Positions 1-12,490 of a stretch of 64,000 nt of DNA are shown here, piece by piece. This stretch comes from Gnetum montanum (lineage: Eukaryota > Plantae > Gnetophyta), in contig MNCI01001077.1 in the NCBI GenBank assembly GCA_015680685.1, positions 762,268-826,267 of the forward strand. Direction: 5' to 3'. A program made the position numbers and the translations under genes. The notes beneath the pieces were generated by a model. The model was not told the origin of the DNA and ran no database searches. It worked only from the letters and a program-made list of their open reading frames with translations. Within the stretch, counting starts at the first letter, position 1. The number at the start of each line of letters is the position of its first letter.

Positions 1-1379
1 AACGTAACAAGATGTGTGTTGCGATCACCCTATCCGTTGTATTTTGTGAAATGGGTGAGTGGCATCCTAGGGGTTAAAGTTAGTGTGAGGACTGTCGAGC
101 TAATGGGATCATCCTAGTAGAAGTTCATGACTTGTATCATATCAGATCCAATACCCTTGAGGTGTTTTATTTCCTCTGTAAGGGTCTAGATAAGCTGAAA
201 TGCTTAATCTAGACCTGGAGATGATGTGGATGATTGGGGAACTACCAGGGCAACTCCCATCTGTGGTGTGGCAGGGGCAGTGACATGACCCATAGGTGAT
301 GTCGTTGGGATGGCCCCTGTGAATGGTGCTACTTGTGCTGTCCACCACCTGGTATGTGGTGCTATTAGAGTAGCAATCGAGGGTTATGCTATGGGGTAGG
401 CCATTTGCGTAGCCAATGGGATAGACCAGAGTCCCATGCTAGGTTGTATCATTTGTGGAACTTGGTAGGTTTGTTGGCTAGCATACCAGGATATTTGTGA
501 CGGCTAAAAAATAGAAGGAGAAGTTAATGGGGTGCACCATGTGGATGAGCCTAGGCCCATCGCTAACTATGGGGCAAGTGTAAACATAGGAATGGATGCA
601 GTGACTACATGCAACTGTGAGGTAGGTATGGTATGAACGTGGGGCAAGGTAACCATGATTGGTACATGATGCAATACAGGAATGGACTGGGGAATAGTTG
701 GTAGAGGAGTAGTGGCTGAAAATGAAACAGGGGAGTAGGCACATTGATACATCGAGGGCATGGCATGGCTACTCGTTGCCGGTGCAATTTTGGGTTGCAA
801 TGGTGCAAACGTGATCCTAAAGGGAGTGATGATAGACAATAGGTTCATCCAGAATGATGGGGTAGGAGGGATGGTGGCAGGATTGGTTTGACCCCCCCGC
901 CTATTAGATTGGGAATCTAGTTCTTCCTACCCATCCTAGAAAGCCTCATCATGATGAGACACTATGTCCTGTAACTCCCTAGATCTAGTCACTTAGATTA
1001 GCTGATCTATAAGCCATTGATGCATTTATGTCAAAGGAATGGAAACTCCAGGAGTGGGAATAAATTCCTTCCCGTTGCAGTAAGCTAACTCAAAGCTACA
1101 TTTGTCTTTGAGTTCTTCCACATCTAACAGTAGATTTCCCTACACCTTAGCGCAAAGAAAGTTATATCACTCATGTTGTTGGGTCAAGCCCTCACGTTCC
1201 CAATTTTGGATCTTGAGGGATTGACATGGCGCCAACACTAGGCTAGGTAGCTTTTTAGCACCTACAATGCCTTGAACTATGAGGGGAACCTCAATGTTAG
1301 AGGTGGTAGCAATAGTGCTTGGTGAAATCATTGTTGTAAAGCTAAAAGGGTTTGCAAATGAGGAAAATAAGGAGATCAT
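1..1379 (-). pseudogene. gag: gag N-terminal region of element A (degenerate)
   Basis: Positions 1-140 are homologous to C 35270-35400 and E 63660-63800 (FYQDDPI...LTLP.G..L..FTKY.G); multiple stops. Confidence 0.7.
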
Positions 1380-1662
1380 AAGACGATCAAAGGCTTTCTA
1401 TCTTGCATAATTCTAAAGGAACCATTAGAGCGACAATCTACACCACAAAATGCGTAAAAAACCGCAAAAGGGTGTCATGTTTATGCTAGTGTGTGATGGG
1501 GTACATAACGCATGCAAAACTACCATGAAACAAGGGGGTCAAATGGTGTTCAAAGGCTTTATGTCCTATAGGATTCCAAAGGAACTGTCACACCACATGA
1601 TGTATAAACAACTACAAAAGGGTGTCACATTCACACTAGTGCGTGTTAGGGTGCAAAACACT

Positions 1663-3423
1663 TATAGCGACCAAAAACATCGATGACTGGAAACACCGAG
1701 AGGTTGTTGGTTGGACAGTCCTAACCCCGGATTCATAAGAGGGTCGTTCTAGATAAAATAGGAGTGGGGTGCCCTCAACGTTATGGTTGATCAGATAGGA
1801 ACTTAGCTAGTGTCACTAAACCTTATGTAAATGTTTAATATGGAAACAATTCTTATAGCATAAAATGACAATTATTAAATGCAAGGAAGTGAAAACGATA
1901 TAGAATGCAATGATAAGCAGCAAAATAAAGCAAACTAGAGTTAAGAAATGCACTGCTTCAAGATTACGGATTTACTTTGTCGATATGAATACAATCGGTT
2001 GCACAACACTAGCAAGTAGAGAGATTCCAAAAGTAACTAGGATGTTCAAAGCAAGCCACCTATTCACTTGAACGCAGAATTAAGAGCCAATAATGTGAAA
2101 TGCTACAAAGCCAACTTGTCGATTTTGTTAACAAATTGCTAACTATATTTTCCAACTGGGGATTTGTTTTTGCCCATCCTTTGCACAAATTTTCTAACCA
2201 AAAATTGCTAAATTTTTTCAACAAAATTGCAAAAAGCTAAAATTTTTTCCAAACACCAGAATTGCCAATTTGCCAACCCTTCGAGCATTACTTGTTAGGG
2301 TATTTATAGGGCTAGTAGGATACAATAAATGAGGCCTGGATGACATGTGTCCTGGACCCACAAGATATTGATGTGTCTGTACTACATGAACATGCAAAGC
2401 TGGTCATGAACCTATCATGCTGCAATTACACTATTGAAACTGGAGATGCTGGGATCAAGTGTGCCAATGATGCAGACAAGTGAAGCACACTGATGTAGTG
2501 CAATTGCCTACTACACTATGCTACGCTATGGAGCATAGCATGTTAGCATAGTGTAGCTGCTTTCTACGCTGTGCTACACTATGTAGCGTAGCAGAGCATA
2601 GCCACCAGTTCAAAGAAGAAATTTGCGTTGGAGTTAATTGCATGTGCTGGAAGCCTTTGAAGTATTTTGGCTAGTTCTACATGTTTACTGTGCTACATAG
2701 TGTAGCATAGCGTAGCAGCTAGCTTTAACTATGATTTTCATTTGAGTTGTAAACATTTGTTTGAAGATCATGCTGACAACATGCAACCTTTGCTCTTTGC
2801 AATGTGAAGCTTTTGAACTTGCTGGTCCTGCATTTTGAGATGCCTTTTGTCATTCTTCCATCATCGCTATGTCGTGCTATGTTATGCAGCATAGCATAGT
2901 ATAGTAGCCAACATAGCCTAATTTTTGCTTAATCCGCCACTTTTCTAGTAAGAGGAGCTTTGCTGAAGGACTTGAAGTTGAACAAGACAATAGGTTTTAA
3001 AGGCTAGAGTGCTTGCCAAGTGCAACTGGAATCACTAGGTAAGATGAGCCTTTCTATTTTTCCTTTTCTATGATGTGCTATGCTACGTAACGTTGCATAG
3101 CATAGCACTTCATCTTGCAACAGTTTGGTCACCTAAGCAACTATCTTTTGAGGCCTGCTACACTACAGAGCGTAGTGTAGCATAGCAAAATTCTTGACTA
3201 GAAAACTTGCCAAACTATTTTGTTGATCCTGAGCACCATTGACAACCCTTAGCATACTTTCTGAGTGAACTGTTAGCTGGTTAAATTGTCCAAATTGGAT
3301 AGTATAAACTTAGAGCATCCATTTCCAGCCAAATGGTCATGAGGCTACACTTGTGAAAATGTTTGCCTTAGTTCCAGGACCCTAGTGAAGCAAGAATGCC
3401 TTGAAAATTTAGGGAGGTCATCA
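1663..3423 (-). repeat. 5' LTR of element A
   Basis: Minus strand starts TGATGACC...CATTCTTGCTTCACTAG like the E LTR and ends ...GGTCGCTATA (decayed ...CTACA); TATAAATA at 2301-2308; TAGCGTAGC/TAGCATAGC arrays in U3. Confidence 0.8.
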
Positions 3424-3446
3424 ACAAGATAATTAAATAGACTTAC

Positions 3447-6400
3447 GAACTATGGGTTGCACCTTACAAACTTTGATTCACAAATTTCTCCTATTTTCCT
3501 CATTAGTGCAGGGAGGTTCTTCTGCTAGGTGAGATGTTTTGTGTTGCAACCTAGTTTTCACCATTTCTACAATGAGGCATACCCCCCTTAGCATATTGCC
3601 TCTATTAATGCAAGGTCCCTCTCCAACCCTATCTCTCATTGTTATTAAAAGACATTCCCCGATAGCTTTCAGGGGGTCTTTGGATTGGGTGGTGCAGAAA
3701 ACTTGAAAAATCCATGGCTTAGATATCTCAGTGCGATCTTGCTACACCTAGGCGCTATTCTCATGGACCATCAAGAATTCCACAAACCATCATAGGCAAG
3801 CTATGAAGAAGGAAAAGTGCATATTAAAATAGGCTTCAAGCTTCTTACGAAGCTTAACTATTTCATTCCGCAAGCCTTCAGAAAGGTACTTTATCTAGTT
3901 GTAGTGGATTCCTCCTTCCATAGCATCCCTCATGATCCAAGCTTACTCTACTCCAAGAATTTTCCTTTGGAAGAGCAGCTTGGGGAAGGCACGAGCCTGG
4001 AAGATAGGGTAAACCTTTTGGGTCACTCCTAGCCTAACCTTATGCATATAAATTCCCTTTCGGTCCTTGCTCATCCCTAGCCATTCCTCTATGTCCCTCT
4101 AGTGGTTAACATCCTTGTTGTTCTTATCTCCTATCAGTAGACCATCAAAGGGAACACCAAATTGATCTACAAAACATTTTTCATTAATCTCAAATACCAC
4201 CTACACATTTTCAATCCATGTGTGGAAGCAATTAGCCTTTTTGGAAAAGGAATCAACTAGGGAGAGCATTTCTATAGCTTGGACACTTGGATTTACTGCT
4301 AGGAATAAATCCATGAGCCTAGCCTCCTAAACATTATTAACAAGGGTGGCTAGGGCCCCATTGCATAGCCAAAGTTATGTCTCATCCACCTCCTTGTACT
4401 TCAAGAAGAGGTTAGTTTCATCATGCCTAGAGGTAATTACTGTAACCTCTTGGGATTTTCTTGCTACTGCAACAACTAACGACATAATTAACAAAAGAAA
4501 AATCAATCACTTGAACACATGAAAGAAAAATGCATAATTTAACACATCAGGTATAAATGGCATAGGAAATGATGGAATTTCCACTAGAACATCTTCTACG
4601 GTAGGAGCCCGGTGGGATGCCCATTCGTTATCCAACCAACCAAGTTCTTCACACTTCACATAGAACTTGAAGTACTTTGTTGGGTAGGTTTTGAAATTAG
4701 TCCCAAATTGTTCTATGACACCGACACACACGTTCTCAATAGAAGAGAACTCTTGCAAGGTTGTTTGGGTCAACGCCAATGTCCCCTCATTACCATGAAG
4801 ACCATCCTTATCAATCACAAACCTGGTAACATGCAAAGTACGATAAGCATTTTTTGACTAATGCAAGACAAACAATACAACATGCTTGAAACATCTTCAC
4901 AGGACTCACCTGCCGGCATAATACATGGTTCTAGGTGGATTCTGAAAACAGGTGTCCATGTGATGGGCAACGAACAATGTGTTGTATTGATGATAGCATT
5001 TGAATTAGGGCATGTCCCAAATCCAACACAAGCATTGCAAGCCTCTTGGGTGCCATTTTAAGCCTTCTACCACTTCTCTCTCAATTGACCCATTAGCCAT
5101 GAACTTCAAAATGCCCTGGTTCACCCCAAGTAATAACATTTCAATAAGTACAATAGTTGTTTCAGTCGATAAGTGTGACCACACTATCACACTGAAGTGG
5201 TGAAAGAGGAACTCTAGGAATTCCTATGCACCTTTTCAAAACCAGATAGCTTGATGACCTACCCATGCATGGGGAGGGGGGACGTTGCCCACGGGTTCAC
5301 TCAAGTAGCATAAGACTCGCACTAGCTCAAGAACGATTTGGATGGGCTTTAACATGACCTTGTGCAACACAACAAAAAAGTGTTAATACATTGTTCAAGT
5401 GATGATTACTGAGTAGTGTAGCATAACCCTTAGTTTACAAATTTTCCATTACGCATAAAATAGTAAGTCCCCAGCATGGTAAAATAGAACCACACATCAC
5501 ATGCAGCATAGTAGGGTGTTACATGTAGCATAGCGCAGCAGGTACACCCTACACAGTGTAACGGGTACATCCCACATAGCATATCGTAGTAAGGACTCCT
5601 TACATGACATACCATAGCAGGCACACCCAATAAAACGTAGTGCAATAGGTACACCCTGCACAACATAGTGGGTATGCCCTGCATAGTAGAGCATAGCAGG
5701 CACACCCAGTACAGTGTAGCATAGCAGTTACACTGTGCAAAGGATTGATGATTGCATTATGCATAGCATAGCAAGACAACCACACCCCATGTAGCGTAAC
5801 AATGTGACAAGTGCGATAGGTACAATAATATAGCAAGCATGACAACATAGTAGAGATAACACTATAAACAGTGTAGCAAAGTAGTGGTGTTAACAACATA
5901 GCAGCGTAACATGCCTACTAGCGTAACAGTGTAGCAAGCCTACCAATATAGCAACATAATAGTGTAATGGCATAGCATAGCGACCACCAAAAACATAATA
6001 ATTTGACAGTCATGCTAACAAAAACAAAAATACATACGGCCTTGCCATTGCCCCAGCCTTGCCCCACTACATGAAATGTAGCAAAATGAAATGCAAGCAA
6101 AAAGAAAGCTCCCCCCTACACATGCTACACTATGCTGGACATACATTACACTACCTAGAAACTTTGCAAGCAAAAACACCCTCTATGGGTCCTATGCTAT
6201 GTTGAATGTGCATTACTGACCAAACCCTCGCAATGGAAACAGTTGTAGTGTAATAATAGAAATGATTTTAGTAACCAAGACATAGGAACAAAAATAACAA
6301 TATAGCTTAATATGTTACATAATGAAAATGAGGGTAGCGTAGCGACTTAATAGGAAGATGGGGCCTCCTGCTAGTCCTCAATGTGCACCTTAGGAAGGTG

Positions 6401-6520
6401 TCATAGGGTGCACTCACCTTCAGCTAGATTGGCCAATCCCTGATGTCTACATTTACTCTTGCATGCCATTGTCCTACTCACAAATTGACTATATCAACTG
6501 CTACATTGTCTCTTAGCTCA
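3447..6520 (-). pseudogene. Antisense multi-exon accessory gene of element B (exon1 ends 6418; exon2 5358-4910; exon3 4822-~4548; exon4 4466-3447); FCP1/NIF-like pseudophosphatase plus accessory domain
   Basis: Translation IVLELVRVL...WF*KGA*EFLEFLFHHFSVIVWSHLS...YNTLFVAHHMDTCFQNPPRT aligns with the C gene; GTGAGT/GTAAGT donors at 6417, 4909, 3446; TATAAATA (minus) near 6590; exon1 start uncertain. Confidence 0.8.
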
Positions 6521-6789
6521 ACCGAGCTATGCTCTGAGTGTTAGATCTAACAGTGAAAGTGACAAGATTACCATGGGGTAATCCCCTATTTATATCCTAC
6601 CCAGTTAAAAGACATGTCACTTTTAGGGTGTTCTACACCCCACGCATAACATGGGACATCCTCTATAGCATAGCAAAAGTCCATTGTAGCATAGCATGGG
6701 TCTACTGCAGTGTAACATGCAGTTCCAACATAGCACATAGACACACTAACATTTTCACTTCATTCCCTTACAATGCGACACTGTTACGG

Positions 6790-7155
6790 TCTGCTAAGAC
6801 CTTAAACTAGCAATTTTGACATGCAATTTTACATTGTTATGGTCTTCTACAAACTTCAACTACTGATGTTAGCATTTTCTTTACTTTTTTAAACCTATTA
6901 ATAGTCTGGTATGACCTTAAACTGGAAATTTTAAAATATCCTTTACATTTTAAACTTGTTAATGGTCTACACCTTACACTAGCAATTTTTAGCATGAAAG
7001 TTTGCATGGTTATGGTCCGCTATGACCTTAAACTAGCAACTCTTTAACCCTCTTGACATGTAGTTTTACATTATTATAGTCCGCTACAACCTTAAATTGG
7101 CAATATTAAAATATAATTTTGCATTGTTGCAGTCCACTAAGACCTTAAACTGGTA
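6790..7155 (+). repeat. Degenerate array of GACCTTAAACT(A/G)GCA units upstream of pol (B)
   Basis: About seven copies at ~55-60 bp spacing. Confidence 0.75.
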
Positions 7156-7267
7156 ATTATGTGGCATCGCATGATTACCTTGGATACATTTCATTGCATC
7201 TTACTCTATTAAACAAGTACCACTTAACATTTTTTTGTTTTGCTAGTTTTGTAGGAGTGCTTCAAAA

Positions 7268-10200
7268 ATGGCTATGCAGGGTGATATCCACTTTCCCCTT
7301 ATCCTAACAGGACCTCATGGCAAGCTTACAAGACACTTAAGCTTAAAATAAATAGACTTGGAATCATCTACTCATGACACTGACATAGAATCCTTGGAAA
7401 CATCTCTGGACTGGCCCAAACATCTAGTCTAGGCCTTAGACCTAGAGGCTAGAAATGTAACCAACAATCCCTTATTAAAATCCCTATGATTACGTCTAGA
7501 GGTGATGCAAAACCATTAAACGTCAGTTCCCTAGTAGAGCCACATGTGTAATAGAACATTTTGAAAGTCCTCAATGACAATGTTAAAGTGTTTGTGTGAT
7601 CATATAAAGACATGCTAAGCCTAGACCTATGACTCATACAACACAATATTATCTTAGATCCACGTGTCAAGGTAGTTAAACAAAAAGCTCACAAAGTTAA
7701 GCCAAAGACTGCCTTAGCTGTACGTGATGAAATTATCAAGCTTTATCAAGCTAGTTTCATTTGGGTAGTCAATTACTTAGATTGTGTCTCAAATATTGTA
7801 GTCGTAAGCAAGAAGACTGAGATATATGGATTTGTATAGACTTCTAGGATTTAAATAGGGCAACAATTAAGGATGATTTTCCATTACCTAGTATTGATCA
7901 ACTTATCAATACTATGGCTAGTCATGCCTTATTGTCCTTCATGGATGGGCTTTCAGGTTATAATTAGATCTGTATAAACCTAGAGAATCAATTGGAAACT
8001 ACCTTTATGACCCCTTAGGAAATTTTTTATTACACAATGATGCCCTTTGGGTGCAAAACACTACAGCAATGTATCAATGAGTAATGACATAGATCTTTAG
8101 CTATTACCTCTTGGAAAGATTAAACGATTACATTGAAGACATAGTGGTTAAGTCTAAGGAAGCTACTAATCATCCCAATGATCTAAACATAGTCCTTCAA
8201 CATTGTCATAGGCATGACCTATGCCTCAACCCCAAAAATGTGTTTTTGAAGTTAAAACCAGGCACATGTTAGGCTTTGTAGTGTCAGAAATGGGGATACG
8301 AGTGGACCCCAATAAGGTTAGGGCCATTGTCAACCTAGAACCACCTACAAATATTAAAGAGTTGTGCAAGTTGCAAGTTAGAGTGCAGTTCATAAGAAGG
8401 TTTATTACAAGGTTTACAGACAAACTACACCTGATGCAACACCTGCTTAAGAAGGGAGTCAACTTCTAGTGGATAGATCAATGTCAAAATATCTTTGATA
8501 ACCTAAAGAAAGAGCTTCTGCACCTTCTCACTATTTATCCTCCATAGAGGTATAAGCCTTTCTACATCTATCTTGCCACCTTAGACACATCTATTGTTGC
8601 GCTGCTATGTCAAAAAAGAGATGATGGGTCTAAAATCCTAGTGTACTACTTAAGTCATGCATTAATATCTCTGAAAGCAAAGTACAATGAGGTAGAGAGA
8701 AATTATCTTGCCCTAGTGTTTGCACTTAAAAAGTGGAGACATTACTTGTTTCTTAGTAAAGTCAATATTATATGCAAAAGCAACATACTTTGGGCTATTA
8801 CAACCAACTTGTAAGAGAGTAGTAGAATAGCCTGATGGAAAGCCATAACTACAAAGTTCGATTTACATTATGTGGCACAATCATCCACAAAGGGCCAAGA
8901 AATAGCCACATAGGTTATGACTTTACCTATTGATAACCAAGCAATAATAGAACCCAAGTTCCCAGATGAGCATGTCAATAGCATAAGTCCTATACCATCA
9001 GATTTCGATCAAATTTACATTTTGATGGTGCTTCAACTACATGAGGTGGTAGCACCACTACTGTTCTTACATTTCCCTCCGAGCAAATTTGATCCTTTGC
9101 ATATCATTTTACATTCCTTTGTACAAATAACATAGCTGAGTATGAAGGACTCCTTAGGGGCCTTCTAGCAGCTCAAGAGTTGAGGATCCAACACTTAGCA
9201 ATCTGGGGTGACTCCCAACTAGTTATCAACCAGATCACTGAAGTTTATGCTTGTAAGGCACCACATTTGCAACCTTATTATGACTTAGCCAAAAGTCTAC
9301 TAAATCAGTTTGCAACTTTAGACATCCAACATGTGCCTCATAACAAAAACATTGTAGCTGATGCACTATCCATGTTAGCCTTAAATGTGTTATCACACAT
9401 GTTTACTACCTTTCCTGCTTCGATAATAAAATGCACCGATCCTATTACTCAAGTGGCACACATCACATCTATAAGTACAATGCATACTCAAGAATGGTAT
9501 GACAACATTAAGGCATACCTCCAACATGGTGAACCCCCACACAGCTTGACGTCCACTCAAAAGGATGCAATATGAAAATGAGCCCACCAATCTTTCCCCG
9601 TAGGAGACAAAACTTTATGAAAATGCTCTTATGATGGAATATTTCTAGCTTGCATTAGTAGGGAAGGATCACAAAAGATTGTTGATGAAGTCCATGAGGG
9701 ATTATGTGGGGAACACATAGCCCCCAGGGCTATGGTAGTAAAAATCAAATGCTTAGGTTACTACTAGCCTTGCATGGAATGTGATTGTGTTGCCAAGGTT
9801 AGGACATCTGATGTGTGTCAATGCCATGGGAAATTTATAAATGTATCACCTACTGAATTGCATACAACACAAATTACATGGCCTTTCCAATGCTAGGGAC
9901 TAGATATCATAGGTCCCATTAGACGTAAGTCTTCTGCAGGGCATAGTTTCATTATTACTACAACTGAATACTTTACAAAGTGGGTAGAAGCCATTTCCAT
10001 TAGAAAGACTACATCTCAGTAGGTTTGCCACTTCATTTTGGATCACATAGTAACATGGTTTGGCCTTCCCATGACCATTATTACTAACAACAGGCCATAA
10101 TTTAGTAGTGCATAAACCAAAACCTTTTACGAGAACCTTGGCATCAAACACTCTTTTTCATTGCCATACTACCCACATGTGAACGGTCAAGCAAAGGCAA

Positions 10201-10735
10201 CCAATAAGATCATCATCAACCTTATGAAAAAGATGCTTAGCAACAGCAAGAGGCAATTGCATGAGCAAATCCTCTATGTGTTATGGGCTTACCATACAAC
10301 ATGCAGAATAGCAACAAGTAAGATTCTAGATAGTCTTGTTTATGGATCTAAAGCGGTGTTACCTCTTGAATTTTAGGTTCCATCACTTTGAATGATCCTC
10401 TCAAACATCGTAGATGAGACTCAAAACAATGAGTCAAGGATCATTGATCCTGACTCCGTAGAGGAGGAGTGCATCCAAAACTTGATTGCATCAAATGGTA
10501 TCAAGATAAACAATAGTAAAAACATCACTACAACTTACATCAGTGATAGAATAAAAAGGGGGACCTAGTCCTCAAGGTCGTTCATGAACCAGTGAACAAA
10601 TTTTCAGCCAATTGGGAAGGCCCTTTCATAGTCATGAAAGCCTATGAAAATGGGGCATTCAATTTAGCTAATGTAAAGAGCAACGAGTTTGAAAATCCTA
10701 TCAACCACTTGTACTTGAAGTTGTACTACATTTAA
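7268..10735 (+). pseudogene. pol: pol of element B: RT - RNase H - additional RNase H (aRH) - integrase, degenerate
   Basis: DDFPLPSIDQL, MDGLSGYN, MPFG, YIEDIVVKS (RT); FYIYL (RH); FDGAS...EYEGLLRGL...GDSQLVINQ (aRH); HEGLCGEH, LDIIGP, VEA, YYPHVNGQAKA, WEGPF (INT); many stops and frameshifts. Confidence 0.93.
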
Positions 10736-10774
10736 CACAAAGGATTATGCTGAATGGAAAGCAAGGTAAGCAAA

Positions 10775-11050
10775 ATGTCCGCTATGATGCAAAACTGGCA
10801 CAGCACATCTCCTATGATGTTAAACTGGAACATCATGTCATTGGGCCATGACATAAAACTGGCATCCATAGCATGATCCACTATAACCTTAAACTAGTCA
10901 TCCACCATCCACTATGATGTTACACTAGCACAATAGTCTGCTAGGATCTTAAACTAGCATAATCGTATACTAGGACCTTGAACTAACACATCAATCTACT
11001 AGGACCTTAAACTAGCACATATGATGGTCTACCAAGATCTTCAACTGGGT
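10775..11050 (+). repeat. AAACT(A/G)GCA ~33 bp degenerate array just after the integrase stop (B)
   Basis: About eight units such as ctaggaccttaaactagcac. Confidence 0.8.
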
Positions 11051-12477
11051 TCATAGTGCAATGCCTCCTACCTCACATGTATGACCCTATGCACAACAGA
11101 GCATGCACACTTTTGAGCTTTTCAAACAACATGGGGTGGGACTTTGCAGTTCTAGAATGAAGTTGACGTCATCAAGGAAAAACCCTCTAGAACACATGTA
11201 ATGTCATCTCCCTTGGAATCTTTCTTATATTTTGAAGATGTTGATTGGCATCTTGTTGACCTTCCAAAGCTATTGATACCATAGCCAGTCATCCTGGTTG
11301 TAGCTATTATTGTCAGTGCCTACTACTAGAGTCCCAACACTATTGTGGCCCAAGCACAAGGTTTCCATCCTCCAGCACTTGCCACCATCAAAGTTCATAT
11401 AGACATTCTATTGTTAGGCTTCTCACCTTGTAGCTGGATTGCGTGATGTTTGCCTTTGGTAGGAAATCCTTATCATCATCACTCCTAGCCTCTTCAGTGC
11501 CCATTTTTGCCTTTCACTGGCCTAAATTTTTTCGACCTACCACTACCAAAACCTACACTGGCCTTCCTGCTTTGGACATTGCACATGTTAAACAATACTT
11601 GCCACTCTGTTAGTGTCCCGAGCATGCAGAACTTTGCCCTCACTTCACTTGATGGTAGTTTATTCTAGTTTCCTCTTTGTTGTGTTTGCAAGATAAAAGC
11701 CAATATGGTGTTATTTAGAGATGCATTTCACCATGAGATCATGACACTACATTGTTTTAAAGTGGCCACTCTAGTTAGCCTAGCTACTTGAGAGTGCATA
11801 CCCTATTCTCTCTTCAGCCAACTTACTCTCCATTCCTTATACCCACAATTTCCCATATCCTCTTTGCAAGCTTCCTTGATGTACATAAAGCCCTTTCACA
11901 TGCCCAACTACTAATTCCATAATGGATGTAACACAACTTTTCCCATGGGAAGCTTTTGTAGGTAAGTCAAAGCTCGACATGGATGTAACACAACTCATCC
12001 TGGGGAGGAAACACTTGTCCTATAACAATGAAAAGGTTGTCTTCAAGTGAATGTGGGTGTGTAGAAAAAATGAAAAAGGGCAAAGAAGCACAAAAAAATG
12101 AGAAAAGTGCATAAAAATGGCCAAAAGCTACTTTATAATCATTTTGGCCATAAATCAACCATCTCTAAGCACTCTAATGAGAGGTTTAGGGCTAAAGGAA
12201 AAGACACCCATGCATGCTGATTCCCTCATAAGCATTCCAACGAGGGATCACACTATGGCAATGATTTTCATGAAGTCACATTGTACCTTCATTTATTCCT
12301 TGAACCTATTTCCTTAAATTCATTCTTTACCCCTTACCTTATATTTCCCTCCAAGTACTCTCAAACATAGCAAAGCGTCATCCAAGCGAGAACTAAAGAG
12401 TGGTCTTAGCATCTTGTTCTTCATGGTGTTTTGTATTCTTTATTGATGTCTCTTAGGCAGATCCTCCAGACTTTGAC

Positions 12478-12490
12478 AAAGAGGGGCCAT
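12478..12490 (+). promoter_or_regulatory. Polypurine tract of B
   Basis: AAAGAGGGGCCAT immediately before TGAAATACC; equivalent tracts in C and E. Confidence 0.85.

Larger units (their letters stand above)
1..3423 (-). mobile_element. Element A: 5' part of a Tat-type Ty3/gypsy LTR retrotransposon (5' LTR, leader, gag N-terminus), continuing off the left edge; inserted into element B
   Basis: LTR termini resemble those of B/E; gag motif DFY*DDPI at ~100-135 (minus) matches the gag of C, D and E. Confidence 0.8.

Noticed and set aside
5430-6100. Cys/Tyr-rich ORFs
   Set aside because: Arise from TAGCA pentamer repeats inside intron 1 of the B antisense gene
7291-7319. Alternative acceptor/ATG (cctaacag|gacctcATG) for B pol
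   Set aside because: That ATG frame stops within 8 codons, and homology to C pol extends upstream through it in another frame
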